Source: Rhizodiscina lignyota (lineage: Eukaryota). Taken from it: a DNA stretch of 64,000 nt. Position numbers and translations under genes: made by a program. Positions 31,922 to 45,403 of the stretch are shown one piece after another. Position 1 is the stretch's first letter. Each line of letters opens with the position of its first letter. The notes beneath the pieces are model-generated. The model was not told the origin of the DNA. It ran no database searches and was given only the letters and a program-made list of their open reading frames with translations. Location: assembly GCA_010015805.1 (NCBI GenBank), contig ML978125.1:124001-188000 (forward strand), in the 5' to 3' direction.

Positions 31922-34900
31922 TTAGTAGTTGAACACCATCAGCGACGGGTTCAGCAGGAATGGCAGGCCAGCATGGGAGACGATTGTGACGGCGAGTGGG
32001 ACGACGGCAGTGGCGCCTTGGATCTCCCAACCGCGCGGTGCGAAGTTGCCGAGATAGATCATACCGCCGACGACGATAAGGATTACGATATACATGTACT
32101 TGAAGCTTTTGAAGATCTTCGGAACTTCCTGGAAGAAGTTGGACTTGACAGCTTCCTTACTTGTGGCGCCCCTGTGCTCGAGATTAGCTGAGCCATCCAA
32201 AACGATTTCATGCACTAGACAAACCATTGCATGTCGATGTGGAACAAATGCGACAAGATTGCAGTGTTGAGATGGAAAGATAGGCCGCCGAAAAAGATGG
32301 TAAACATCGGCATCCATTTGAAGTTCTCAAGTAACGAAGCGAAGAGAGCCTTTTCGCCGAGTCGGTAGCGGAGGATGGCGAGCGCGAGGTTTCCGGCGCC
32401 GTTGAAGACGACAACAAGAGCGACAAAGACTGTAACGTATTAGTTCATGCGCATGGTAATGGTTGCGGAACATCATACTCTTCCAAGACTCCATGTAGAA
32501 TTTGTCTAGTTGACCGTTGTACCAACCGATGATGATGTAGTTCATAACTGTCAAAGGACCTCCAGAAGCCAGCGCAAAGTATGATGCGATGTATGCGAGG
32601 ATAGTACACTTAGATGACAGGTTCATGTTTGACCACAGGAATGTGTAAAAGAGGCGAGTGAAGGGACCTCTGAAAATCCATCGGTGGAAAGGGTTGAAGA
32701 CCAGCTCACTGCAGCCGTATGCGTACTTTTGCCAGCGGGTAAGCTCGTCGTAGATCGTAAGGGATACGCCTTCCTTGAATTGATTGTCGTGATACGCGGC
32801 GATTCGAACGGTGTTCCCGGCAATCTGAAGCCGAAGGGCGATGTCGAAGTCTTCCGAGACGTGGCTTTCGGACCAGTAAGCCACGTAACCATCTTCTTCC
32901 TTAACGCCAACGGATTGCACAGCTGCAGCCCATTAGAATCATTCAACCGGAAGCAAAAGCAACTTACCCTGCCATCGAAGAAAAGCGTTGTGCCCGACAA
33001 ACGGAGCGACTTCGCCAGAGCCGATAGAGAAGCGGATAGATGAATACACGAGATTAGTGAAAAAGGTGATGCCATTCTCAAAGAAATCGCCGACAACTTG
33101 CATGACCCCTGTCGAGTGCTGAACAATTGCAACTTCAGGGGAGAGGAACATTTCCGCGGCGCCATACAAGAGACAGTCAACAGGCTGTACAGCGTTAGTG
33201 TCGATACAAGTATTTGCAATGGCCATCGCTTACCACACGTGTATCAGAATCAATGATCAGGATATGCTCTCCAACGCGAATGTTTCCATGGGCATGTGCA
33301 AGGGGATTCTCTCGAAGCACACGCTCCAGACAGGCTTCGTACATTGCGTTTTCTTCCTGCTCGTCGAGGTAGTCGGTACCATCCCGCGCTATCTTCTCAT
33401 CGACCATCTCCTGAAGGTATGCTTCAACCTTTTGAGATATGTTCAAAGCGAAGTTCATGTTCGAGGCTTTTTTGAATTTCCCTTTCCGTTCGAAGCCCTC
33501 AGCGCCATGCTTCGGTCGAGAGACCCAGCCGATATTGTTGTCTTGGTAGAAGTCGAGTCGAGCTTTAACATCCTCTTCGGGAATTCCTGCACGAAGGCCA
33601 TCATCGTTGACGAAGATCGATGCAGTTCCACCATGGGACTCGTAGTGTGATATGGCAGCCTTCAAACTGTTCACAGTCGGAATGATGACTGAGTGCAAAC
33701 CTTCTTTGTACACGGGCATTTGAATTGTGACATGAGGGGGGATAAAGCCTTGAGCGTAGGCTCGGCGGAGACTTGGCTTTATCGCGGAGTAAAACCGTGA
33801 GTTACTCTTCAATCCGCTGATTGGTCCGATGGCCTGGAAGATGTCTGTGAAGATGACGACTACGAAGAACAAACCAACTAGGATGAGAAGAGGGATCAAG
33901 GCTACGAATGCGAGCCTGATCCAATTTCCGTCAGTAAGAGATTCGAGTATCAGATTCGATGTCGCCAAGCCCAGGAGGAGAAAGATAATGAGGCACATTC
34001 CAAGTCCAACAAAGAAAGCGGAGGTGAGGTTGATAGGTCGTCCCAAAGATTCCGGGCTTGCAGCTCCCTTTTCCTCGTCAAAATCGTCCTCGGCCTCTTC
34101 TATCTCTATTTGAGGGCCTTTCTTCTCTAAATTGTAGTTCACAATTGATCCAGTGGGAGTACCACGCGCCGTATTAGAGCCGGTGCCCATGGCGAAGGGA
34201 ATCCCTTGAGAGCCCCACACCTTGAGATCGTTAGCATGAAAAACTCGCGACAGGAGGGTTGGCCACCTACCAACGACAAGAGCTTCTCTTCCAAACGAGC
34301 CGCATGTGGAATGATCATCTGAAGATCATCATGCCATACCAGAAGCATGCGCTCCCTTCGAACCAGACAAGCATATTGGAACTTCTTTACGTTGTTGGAA
34401 GCTATCTCGCTGAGAGAGTCCACGATCTGTAACTGTGACCCGTCTGGCATAGCTTGTTCCGTCTGATATAGGTCAAGAGATGACAGGATGACACTGATCG
34501 TCTCAGTGCTCATCGTGAAAGCTATTTCGGCATTGATTCTTCGGACAGCAGCCAACAACTCGTCAGATATTGTCTCTGGTGCATGTACGTAGTTGCCTCG
34601 GGTCCTTCTTAACAAGACTCCGCTCGAACTTTCACCCAAGGTGCCAGGCATCGCTAACCATTGGCTTGACGATATTCTGCCATAGAGGTATTTGACCATC
34701 TGTGAAGGTATCAGCTTGTGATTAATGGTACTTGCTTGGCTGCAACGTACAGAAGCATAGCGAGCTCCCTCATCAATGTTCGCCAACGTATACCTACTAC
34801 CTGTGGGAGGTGGACCATCCTTTTCTGCAGGGTCTGAAATGGGCTGGTTCCTCTCCTCAACTTCCAATGGAGGTTGAGGTTCTTCCTCTTGAATCGATTT

Positions 34901-34939
34901 TCCCCCGAGCCATGATGGGCGGTTCTTACCAAACACCAT
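31922..34939 (-). CDS. Membrane glycosyltransferase family 2 (processive synthase-like), multi-exon
   Basis: VTIQMPVYKE, FVNDDG, FKKASNMN, IIDSDTRV, PFVGHNAFLRW, HVSEDFD and LTRWQKYAYG, with transmembrane helices on both sides. Several introns, including an in-frame 51-nt one at 34700-34750. Confidence 0.88.
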
Positions 34940-37085
34940 GGCTACAGAAGCAATTGGCTTAAGAGCCTACTGTCAATTGGCGTCGAAACGATGTATGAAG
35001 ACGGATGAAACAAAATAATGAAAGACAATGCACTCAAACGAATGGACGTCTTCGAGACGCAATAGAAAGAGTGGCCCTAGAACAAGAAATTCAAGACTCG
35101 AGATAGCGAACGAAAACATCCCGGCAGCGGGTTTAAAAGTATTAACATCGAGTGAGAAGCCGCACAGAGCACCGATAGCCTCTGTGGTATCAGTGCAGAT
35201 TAGCCACACCACGTTTTCGTGCCCACGTCTGTTAAGTTCTGGGCGTTGTCCTGAGACTATTTTGGGACCCTGGCGACAAGCAAGCACCTGGCCGTTTCAA
35301 GGCACGTCTGGGCAAGAAACCCGGCTGCGAACAATTCGATAGCTCGGTTTATCCCTTATGCTGACAAGAATCGTCGTGGGTGCTGGCGATGCACGATGGT
35401 GACTGAGTGAGAAGCGTGGATGGCAGGCATATGGCGGCCGCATTAGGAAGAAAACTGTGTTCCTGCATGGCATGGACGCATTGACGCCACTACGAAGTCT
35501 CCTTAAAATTCAAAACTGACAGTTTTGTTGTAACGCACGGCCCAAACGGCAGAGGAAGATAAGGGAAGGTCAAGGGCCAGGGGAAGCGCCACACAGGTTG
35601 TTTGCCCGCCCTAGTCTCCTTGCGGCAGCTAGTGCAAGCTTGTTTGGACTTCGAGTCCAACCCATCCTTCCTCCAATCCCATGCTCCCGGGAAGCTTTAC
35701 CGCACTGCGCTCAACCGCTTCACGTTCTGACCCACATGTTTTCTGGGATGTCTGCATTCCTGCGTCGCCAGTCGTCAGGCCAAGCCGCGGCTGCTCACAA
35801 CTCTCCTAGAAAGGGGGGAATTGCCAACCAGCTCGACGAAACTAACTTATGAAGTCAGTTGGTCAGATGGAGGCATTGCAGAAGAGGTCAATGACCATCC
35901 AATTCGAAATGAACGCCACAATGCGTATGTGGCTCAGCGCTGAACAAAGCGACACCTTGGAACGAGCAACGTGCAAAGACATGGCAGGGGACGGCAGAAG
36001 CTTACTCTGATCGTTTACGTGCATCGGGATTTTATTGACGCTACCAGGGTCTGCAGACAAGGCTTTCATTGGACACAGTCAGCATCTTATAGCCACAGCT
36101 ACAAGCGAGTGGTGTGTACAACACTCCTACGAATCTTGCGTTGATTGATTAGAAACTCGGCAGACAGCGGGCCTCCGTGGGAGGCAATCCCAGCTTTACA
36201 TGGCACCGCTCCACTACATGAACAAATGACGAGACAGCCAGCATACCATGACCTGGGGCATAGAACAAGGCAAAAGACACGAGACGCCTATCTCCGCTGA
36301 CTGACTGAACACCACAGAACGATGTTCCACACATACTTACTATTGGCTCGATGTACGCGTCCTTGAGCCTCGACCAGCAGATCACGCAAACCCACAGTCG
36401 AGAATGGACTGGCGCGCCGCGCCTCGACTTCTGCAAGGACTCACTCTCAAACTGCAATCAATTTGTGCCCGCATTCGCAAGTACGTATGGTAAAGTTGCG
36501 CACGCCAAGTCTTCACTGACATTACCCTGCTCAGGTACCACGACTCGACATCCCCAGGTGTCATAGTATTGGCATTTGTCAATCGAGAACAAGTTAGCTC
36601 GCCCTGTCGTGTGCCGATTTCCAGCAAACTATCGTTCCTGACACTTTGAAGCCTACTCCACAATCCTGTTCCAAGTATCCTGTCGATGCTGGACATCCAT
36701 TTTCGACTTCCGACATTATATCGGGGCCAGAGAATGGCGAACCTTGCACACGAGCAGCTTTGCCAAGACAGGAGACCTCCGCTGCCCAGCCGCTTCCAGG
36801 GACAGCAATGTGCCTAAATGGTAACGTAGCTTGTGCTTCATTGTATCAACGGTGCCATCTGTAGCTCGTGCCAATTGTGTCTCATGCCATTCAAGTGGTA
36901 CATGGTTGGTGCTCCTCTCTTAGTTGAATTGTTTCTCCAATTTCTATCTTCTTGAAATCTCTATCTTCTATTACAGGCATTATGATCTATAGTCGTTTCT
37001 CAGAATAGTCCAGATCCGTCTCGAACGCCAAACTGTGTTTATCACTGATATAATTGAAAGCATCGGGCATCCCACTCTGTCCGAA

Positions 37086-38620
37086 TCAAGCTGTACAGGC
37101 TCCTTCCTGCCACATTTTGACAGATTTTACAGTCATTCCACGCTTATTCCCTTCTCCCCATGTAGGCAGCCAGTTGTCTGCGTCATGGTAGAAGTCCCAT
37201 TGCGAACTTGCACCATCGTCTAGCCAAGGTTTCCCTGCCTTGTTGTCTGGGAAGAAGCCATTCCTGGCTCCGACGGCAACATTCAGAATGAGGTAGAAAG
37301 GTTGATCGAACGGAGTGTTGCTCTGGCCAGTCTTTTCCCACGGATCCTGGAGCAAAGTGGAGTTCTCTTCCATGGAAGCAAAATCGCCACGGGTCCAGAG
37401 GTCTTCATTGCCGAACTTAATGAAGAAGATTTGGACCAGTCGAGTATCGAGATAGAAGTAAAGGTAGTCACGCGACCATTCTAAACCGAACGTATGGAAT
37501 TCCTTGGTATAGTCGGTCCTTCGGATCGCTTTGCCACTGGTGGTTCTCCAATAAGCGTCCGTGTCTGTGGTGGGACCCCAGTGCAGCGTTGTGGTGTACA
37601 CATCTCGACCACCAGCCGGGTATTCGACATCGTTGCCTCGACTTTCCGCAATGTCAATCTCTCCACTGCGCGGCCAAACGCCATAGACATTATCCTCTGG
37701 CATCATCCCTAATGCCTGTATCAGATCATAGATATTCTCAGCTCTCCGACTGACTTACAAATAGCTGGCCAAAGCCAATCGCCTTCTGGCATCTTGGCGG
37801 TGACTTCGACTCGGCCGTACTTGATCGTCTTTTTGCCCTTCGTCGTCAACCTCGCAGAGCGGACCGGCGGAATCATAGACCCTAATGTCGAATTGGAGTG
37901 GATGGAGCACTGCGCATTGGTGGTCCCTGTGCAGGAGCCATCTCCACCAGCTTTTGTGAGGTTTAATGTGTATCCATTATACAGCTTGTCGTCATTTATG
38001 TTTGTCGTCTCGTTGGTCAATGTTGGCACAATATGCAGGCCTTCTGCGTCGACAAAGGAGTTCTTTGGATCTGTCGTGTCCCAGTCGAAACTACCAACTC
38101 CGAACCCATCAATCTACGAAATCAGTACAAGAACACGTGAGAAGCGATCCAAAAACTGACTTGGACTTCGTGAGACCAGATGTTGGTGTCAAGCGTATGG
38201 AAATCTTCGTCTAATATTAAGCAGTACTGTCTCGAAGTCAGTGTATCTCTTCTTCGGGCAACGGGATGAGCGATTCTCCAAAACATCGACGGACGCGGCA
38301 AATATGCTCAGGGACAGAGACCGTACCTTATGGTTACCGACTTTCCACGTTGCGGTATAACAAATGAATGCGCTCAATGCAACTCCAATAATAATGAAAA
38401 TCCGGACAATCCAGTTGTTCATCCGTGTCTTTTTCATCCGAGGGTCTTGAGTCCATGGTCGTTCATAATCTCCTTTTAATCTGTAGCTGCGGAATCGTCG
38501 CTTTGGGCGTCCAATTTCAGACATGCGCCCCGTCCATGACTGAGTCTCGTGGACTTGGTCCAATGTATTGTACGACTGTCGAAATGGACTTTCGGACCTG
38601 AACGCCATTGGAGCTGCCAT
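37086..38620 (-). CDS. Membrane-anchored GH16 (beta-1,3-glucan-binding protein/laminarinase-like)
   Basis: Catalytic motif WPRSGEIDIAE, YGRVEVTAKMPEGDWLWPAI and PFDQPFYLILNVAVG. A cytoplasmic N-terminus plus one TM helix (IVRIFIIIGVALSAFICY) precedes the domain. Three introns. Confidence 0.9.
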
Positions 38621-41600
38621 TGCGCCTTCGCTGCAATCGATTCAACTGCGTTTCAAACAATTTAGAATGTCAACAACGCTCACGAACCTTGGAGCGGGTG
38701 TACGTTACTGATGAAGCGAACCTTGAAAGTTATTAAAAGAGCAATCAGTGTGAAGCGACCAGGATCCCCTGTAATGGGAAGGGTGTGGCGTACGACTGGG
38801 ATAAGCTCTATACATGCACCCGGGATGGCCTCCTTAGCCCAAGCCTGGGCTTGGAGATGTTTCCTCTGGCGAGACAGCTTGAGGGACGAGCTTCTCAAAC
38901 AGCATCACACTCAACCGCATTCCTCATAAGACCAGGATCCCGATTGTACCTCAAAGATCACGACATGTTGAGCTCTTCCCTGTCCTCCCGATTGAGGGTC
39001 AACTCCGAGAAATATTCTCGAAGAATTCTTCGCTAATTTCTCATTATTGCCGTTACTGCAGTGCGGCTATTTCCCTCATCCAACCAACAAGACCTCAATC
39101 AGGCCACCCAGATCCCCGATCCGGCCAGCTTATGCTCCACGACCGCTGCTGCCAACGTGCAGCAGGCGTTGCTGCGACAGCAGCACGTCCCAAGCATCAG
39201 CGCCACAAAGTGGAATGGTGACAATTGCTAGTATGACCGTCTCATCTCTCGTCTCTTTGACAGTAAACAAATATCGGCCCTCAACTGTTGATATCAGTTG
39301 TCTTGAAGACGAGGGATTGGTCCCCGAGACTGTGTCACACTGAAGGTCTTCCAACTTTCGCAGCTTGCATGGATCTGTGACAATCGTGCATTATCTCCCC
39401 CTTCCTTCTTCCAAGTTTTGACTCGATGGAGAGGTTCTCGGCATGACGAGCAACCTGGGGCCCTGGTAAGCGCGAGCACGTGGGTTTGCTCGCAGTTCTC
39501 AGGTACAGGTGCCATTTAAGTGGTCAGCACATTGACCAGGCTCCATCTTTATATCATGTTGTCTCACTTCTCGGGCATATGGTCGAAATGGGGGGGAGAG
39601 AGGAGCATGCATGCCAAGGGAAGATAGCGAACTTCAATCCGCAATGGCTCTCTGAAGCGGCCATATGGACACGTTCGAATTTCGAAATTCAATGTCGATC
39701 TCCCGATATCGTCGCTGCAATCGACGATGTCCATGATGCCCCAGAATGAAATAGCATTGTCCCAGTTGAACAAATGGTTGGAGCAGAATCCGCCGTGGCG
39801 ACCACTGTATTTGCTCAACGTGGGGGTGTAGAGACGAGGGTTGTCGCTGCATGCCTGATGGACCAGTATTGTTTGCTAGGTAGCAGAGGCCAGACGAGGC
39901 GTCGTAAGCCTCTCGGAAGGAGAATTTCTGGCGCTGTGGCTTGAAGGATGTGGGTGGCAATCTGTTGCAGCGATCCCACTACTCTGTACGGTAGGGCGAT
40001 ATCTACGAAGAGCATGCACATGCGCCTTCTTCAACGGCCGCACGCGGACCAGTCAGCTTTCAGTTTGCCAAGCGTCCTGCAAGTGCTACGCTCAAGCCAC
40101 CGTGATCATCGATCTCGCTACAGAGGGAATGACATTTCTTACAGCGAAACTTACGATATCAGGGATCCATGCAAGCGGGACAACCCTCTGAGCCGCAGAT
40201 TTTCCTGGCAGACAAAGTTCTCACTCATCGCAATCGTTTAAATAATTTGAGATTTGTTGGGCAGGGGAACATTATATCCGCCCTCGAATTAATAAGTGAT
40301 ACATATCGCTCGTCTTCGCTTGTGGCGACATTGATGTGGCGAGCTTTGTCCCCCTTGAAATCGACTCTAAAATATCGGCCGACGTGTTACGGCTGTACAC
40401 TCTGATATCAGGAGGTGTGGTTACTCTATCGCAATGCGAGGCACCATAGCTCCGCCTCAAGCCGTTGTTATCCAATCCATATCTCCTTCCAAAAGCAAGC
40501 AGCCAATAATACTTGCATATGGCAATTGACATCAATTCTCTTCCTCCTTGTGCCGATTTTTGAGCTCTCTTCCTTCCTCATGCGTGTCTTGTCAAGTACT
40601 GCAGACGCTATTTGCTCACTTACATGTATGATGTATTGGAAATCGACTTGGCCGTGATAACCTTATCTGTCCATCCGCGTCGCGATGATATCCTTATGTT
40701 AAACCTAATAAATGATCCTGCTTGCGTCCAATAGCCTAACAGCTGACTCATCTACTATTCGCAGACATGTGCGCGAGAGGGTGACTGCCCGTTATCGCGT
40801 ATCTGCATCGGATTTGGGCGGTTCGCTTCCAAATCATTGGGCGATGGAACGCCTTTGAAGCCACAAAAAGCTCGTATGGGATGCAATTCTCTCCTGTCCG
40901 CAGCATTTCGAGCGCTCCGACATGGCATTCTTTGAAATTGACCAACTGCCGTGGTGAGACGCGTTGGCCCAAGCACCTTCCTATCAAGAAATCCAATCTC
41001 CGCTCCCAAGCCACGGCGATGCACAAAAAGAAGCAAACGCCCACCATCTAACAATTTTATTGTCATCCTCAACATACGTACATATCTCGCATCTCGTGTC
41101 TCGTGTCATCAAACGTCTCATCTGCGTCCGCTTCAATTCGTTTGCACGGGGGAACCGTATTCCAGAACTGTCTCGACTCAGGTGCCGCGTGCTTCGCTCC
41201 GCATCGTCGCTCGCTGATGATGTGTGGAGCAGTAGGCTATCAACTTCGAGATAACCACTTCGAGGCACGTCCTAATTGCCAAATACATCTTGATATCTCA
41301 TACGAACCCACGTGAAGATAGTAATGGCCACACACCTTAGCTATTGCCTTCGCAGTATGGGTCTTAAATAGGTATATCCTGCCTGCTTCTCGGGGCGTCG
41401 CTATCAGGTCATACTCCCCTTTCCTCTGCCCTTGAGTTGACCCTCTCGTGGTATTGTTTCGTCCCTCTCCTGAAAGTCTTGGTACTTCACCTTACTTTCG
41501 TATCCCTACAGAGCTGGATTTTTTCAAGTCTATTCCTGCCATTCGTTTCCCGACTTGTAGCACACTTTAAAGTTCAATTAATATTCTCACTATGGACATA

Positions 41601-43808
41601 ACTTCACCATTGCCGCTAAATGCTGTAGGCTACGAAGATGCGGTTTCTGGAGCCCTCGTTCAGGCCCCCCGGTAGTGTTTCGCTGCGAGCGGAACTGATT
41701 CGGATGGAGAAGACTAAATGAATCCATATATGCCACGAGAGCCTTGTTCCGAGCTGCGAAGACTTCGTTTAGGTTCTATATCGTCTAAAGCACAAGAGTC
41801 CTGACACTGCCTTCGACACTACCTCTCAATGCACATAGTTTAAGATGTCCATTATACACGGGCATAGATATGCACCGGAACGTCCAGAGCAAGGTGCCCG
41901 ACGTCAAGGAAGAAGCATAGTTGGTGGTGTGCATTACAGGCATGTGAAACTTCGTTATTAGCGAGTCCGCATGCCGTCTCTCTCATCTGACGAACTTTGT
42001 GGTAGCTAGAGAAACCAACACAGCTTCGAGCCGGGCGTCAAGCTGATACTACAGAGCTGGGAGAATCTGTAGGAGGGTGCTAGCTAGCGCCCTTACCGTG
42101 TATATGGTCTACGGAGTACAACGCTTTCCAACTGTGATTGATAGAATCCATGACGATCATTCCACGAGGATGTAGAACATGTTTATGGGCGCGCAAAACA
42201 AAGCCGCTGCTGACCCCGCCTGTTGCGCAGTCTCAGTGGCTTGCCGGATTGCGGACTAAATAGTTCGAAGGAGATTGCAGTGAGGTCTTTCGTAGTTCTG
42301 TTGGTCGGCGGCAGATGCTTGAGAGGCAATTAGAACCGGGCCCATGAATGGCACACGCGACCAAATAGTATTGACTAAACCATTATTTATGTTTCACTTC
42401 GCAAGCCAGCACGTCCTAGTCGAAATGGATGGTCAAACACGCCAGAATGCATCCGCCATGGGGCGCGAAGTGAATGTGGAGCAAAGCGGTCTACGTGGAG
42501 CATGCACTGATTTCAGGCATGATGGGAGAGAAGTAGTGCGGAAAGACATCACTACAAGGTCACGGAGGGTCTATTATGGTGCGGCTGCCTCCCTCGCAAG
42601 CTGGCTGTCGTGCGGAGGATGAAATACACCTCGAACACGGAACGAGAACAGCGCTCGCATGACCATTTTCATTTCTACAGTCCACCTTGAACCGACGCCC
42701 GACTTGTGCAGGTGTACTCAGCTCCATGCTTTATACACCTCTGCTTGATACGTAGTTTGATGACGCGACTCGGAATGTTCTACATAAACCACGGCCCCCG
42801 CAGTGCACATTTTCAGTCGACTTGCTTCTTTTGCCGTCTTACAAGTTTAATATACGGCTCGAATCTTTTCTCGGACCGTGTTTTGTGTTGATCGCCATCT
42901 AACATGTTTCACATGCATTTCCGCCGCTTCGTTTGCGAGACGTAAATCAGGATCATTAGAGTTTCTCATTCAGCATACCCTCATTTCGTTATTGCAAGAC
43001 GCTTTCGTCCATTTTGACTCATGTCCAGCCTCTCACGAATTTCCAGTGTCAAGATATTCCGCGGACATGAAACAATTGGCCCTCGTTTCCATTATTTCTT
43101 CCCATAAAACCTGATCAGGTGTCACGGCGTTTTATTGCATCATCCCATAACCCTGCACGTCCCAAGATTACGGGTTATGTGGATCTCGCGCAAACAGCGT
43201 CAGATCGCAGCTGGAGGGGAAAATCTCCGCTGCGTGCTCCGCATACCGCATCGTTGGAGGCGGCCCGACTCGGAAATAGTGAGGTGTGTAAGGGTCCATG
43301 AGGGATTTGCTGTGTCTCCAGTTTCACGTAGGGTGTAGGTCTGGAGGCCGAGACGAGGCGGACACGAACGGGAAGCTGCCGCAATGGAAAAGGGAGAGCG
43401 CCCAATGCTACGGACGGAGGATAGAAATAAAAAGCTGGTCACTGGCTCGCTTCCAGCGGTACCTTGCAGGCAGCTTTGATCCCCACGCGACGCGGCGTCT
43501 CGCTTTGCCTTTCCTTTGCTCTGCGCCGCTCCGCTCGCCTGCACCATGTGCGCCGTTGTCCTGAATCGTGCATAACGCGCTCCCTGCTCCTTCGCGCCAG
43601 GCCGCTGCTTTTCGCCTCGAAACCTTCGAGAGGCAAAAACCTCCTTTTCTCCCTTTTTCTGCAGCCTGCTTATATACACGCTCGTCGCGAGGCGCCCGAT
43701 TGCTGGGACCTAAATTGCAATCCATCTCGACTCTTTTTCTGCTCAGCTCAGCCCCTCCCCCACACTGAGCATCCTTCGCCCCGCAGCGCAGGCCCAGAGG
43801 CGCCCATC

Positions 43809-45119
43809 ATGAGCGGCGCAGAGGGTTCGGAGAGGCCTGCCGTGCTGATAGTCGGGGGTTTGGGTAAGTTGTGACGAGGGCTAATGCAAATGATTGAAAT
43901 TCCACAGAGATGGCTGACTCCCTCGTCATGGGCAGGTTATGTAGGCCGCTTTCTGGCGCTGTACATCCATGAAAACAAACTTGCATCCGAGATACGCCTC
44001 GTGGACAAGCAGCTGCCGGAATTGGCGATGCTGGCGCCTGAATTCTCAGAGGCTTGCGCAAGAGATAAATTCATACAGGCTGATGCCTCAAATCCACGTT
44101 CGTCCGCCTAGTGCAATGGCATAGCTGAAATCCCTCTCAATTGACATTTTTGTTGGGCCAGAGAACTATTCGCGCATATTCAACCGGCCTTCAGGAAAAG
44201 AGTTCGACTACCTGTTTAATTGCGGCGGCGAGACACGCTACTCCCAAGAGGATGAGGTCTACAAAGTGCGCTCGTACGGATTGTCGATGGCGCTGGGACA
44301 AGAGGCGGCGAGGCGGCACATAAAATGCTTTGTGGAAGTGTCGACAGGCATGGTGTACAAGCCGGATCCATCACCGAGGAAAGAGAGTGCAAAGACGAAA
44401 CCGTGGCTAAAGCTGGCAAAGTGGAAGCTCCAAGCAGAGGAAGACCTGGCCAAGATAGCCGACCTGAACCTGGTGGTACTACGTATCGCGCATGTCTACG
44501 GGCCGTATACGAGCAAATTCCTCGGGACGGCGCTGTCTCTGGCACGAGTATATCAGAGTTTGGGCAGAGAACTGAAGTGGCTCTGGGATAAGGACCTGAG
44601 AACGAATACAGTGCATGTCGACGACGTGAGTAGAGCACTGTGGCGGGCAGCCGAAGTCTATGCGGCGAAGGGACCATGGAAGGAGAAGCCTACATGGAAC
44701 ATTGTTGACAAGGGCAATACCTGTATGTCAAGTATCAATGCGTGGTATCGAATATACACTAACAGCAACCAGGTCAAGGCACGCTTGCTACTCTTACGCA
44801 CGAAATCTTCGATATCCCAACTGGATTCCACGGGACTCTCATCTCCTCATTCGCACGATTGAATCTCGACTCGGTCGTGGACGACGTGAACGACGAGACT
44901 CTGGATCCTTGGGCTGATCTGCAGACCCAAGCCGGCATTACGACGAACACGCCTCTCACGCCATTCATGGAAAAGGAGCTATTGAAAGACACAGATCTCA
45001 GCATGGACGGAAGCGCCTTTGAAAAGGAGGCGTCATTCGAGTACAAACACCCGCGACTGACGAAAGAGGAGGTCGAGGGCGTAATCGAGAGCTACAAGCG
45101 CATGGGCTGGTGGCCTTGA
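43809..45119 (+). CDS. NAD-dependent epimerase/dehydratase family protein
   Basis: VLIVGGLG|YVGR Rossmann motif across an intron, FNCGGETRYSQ, LRIAHVYG and TVHVDDV. Three introns. Confidence 0.85.
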
Positions 45120-45403
45120 TCTAAACTTAATTAAAGTCGCACTTTACTGGCTCCGCGAATGGTGGGGGGAGGAAATCTTATGGACCACGTCACTTTCTTC
45201 GGATGACGCGGAATGTTTTCAGTATGAAGAATGACGATTACGGCCGGCATGTATACCACCATTTCGAGCATTTTCTGCGAAGGTCTTTATATACCCTCTT
45301 CAGATTAAGACATTTCATGAAACGTCGAACTTTACACATCATAGACCTCTTAATTTCTCTTCTTAATCGTGTAATATCGCCCCTGAGAGTGTACTGATTA
45401 GAC

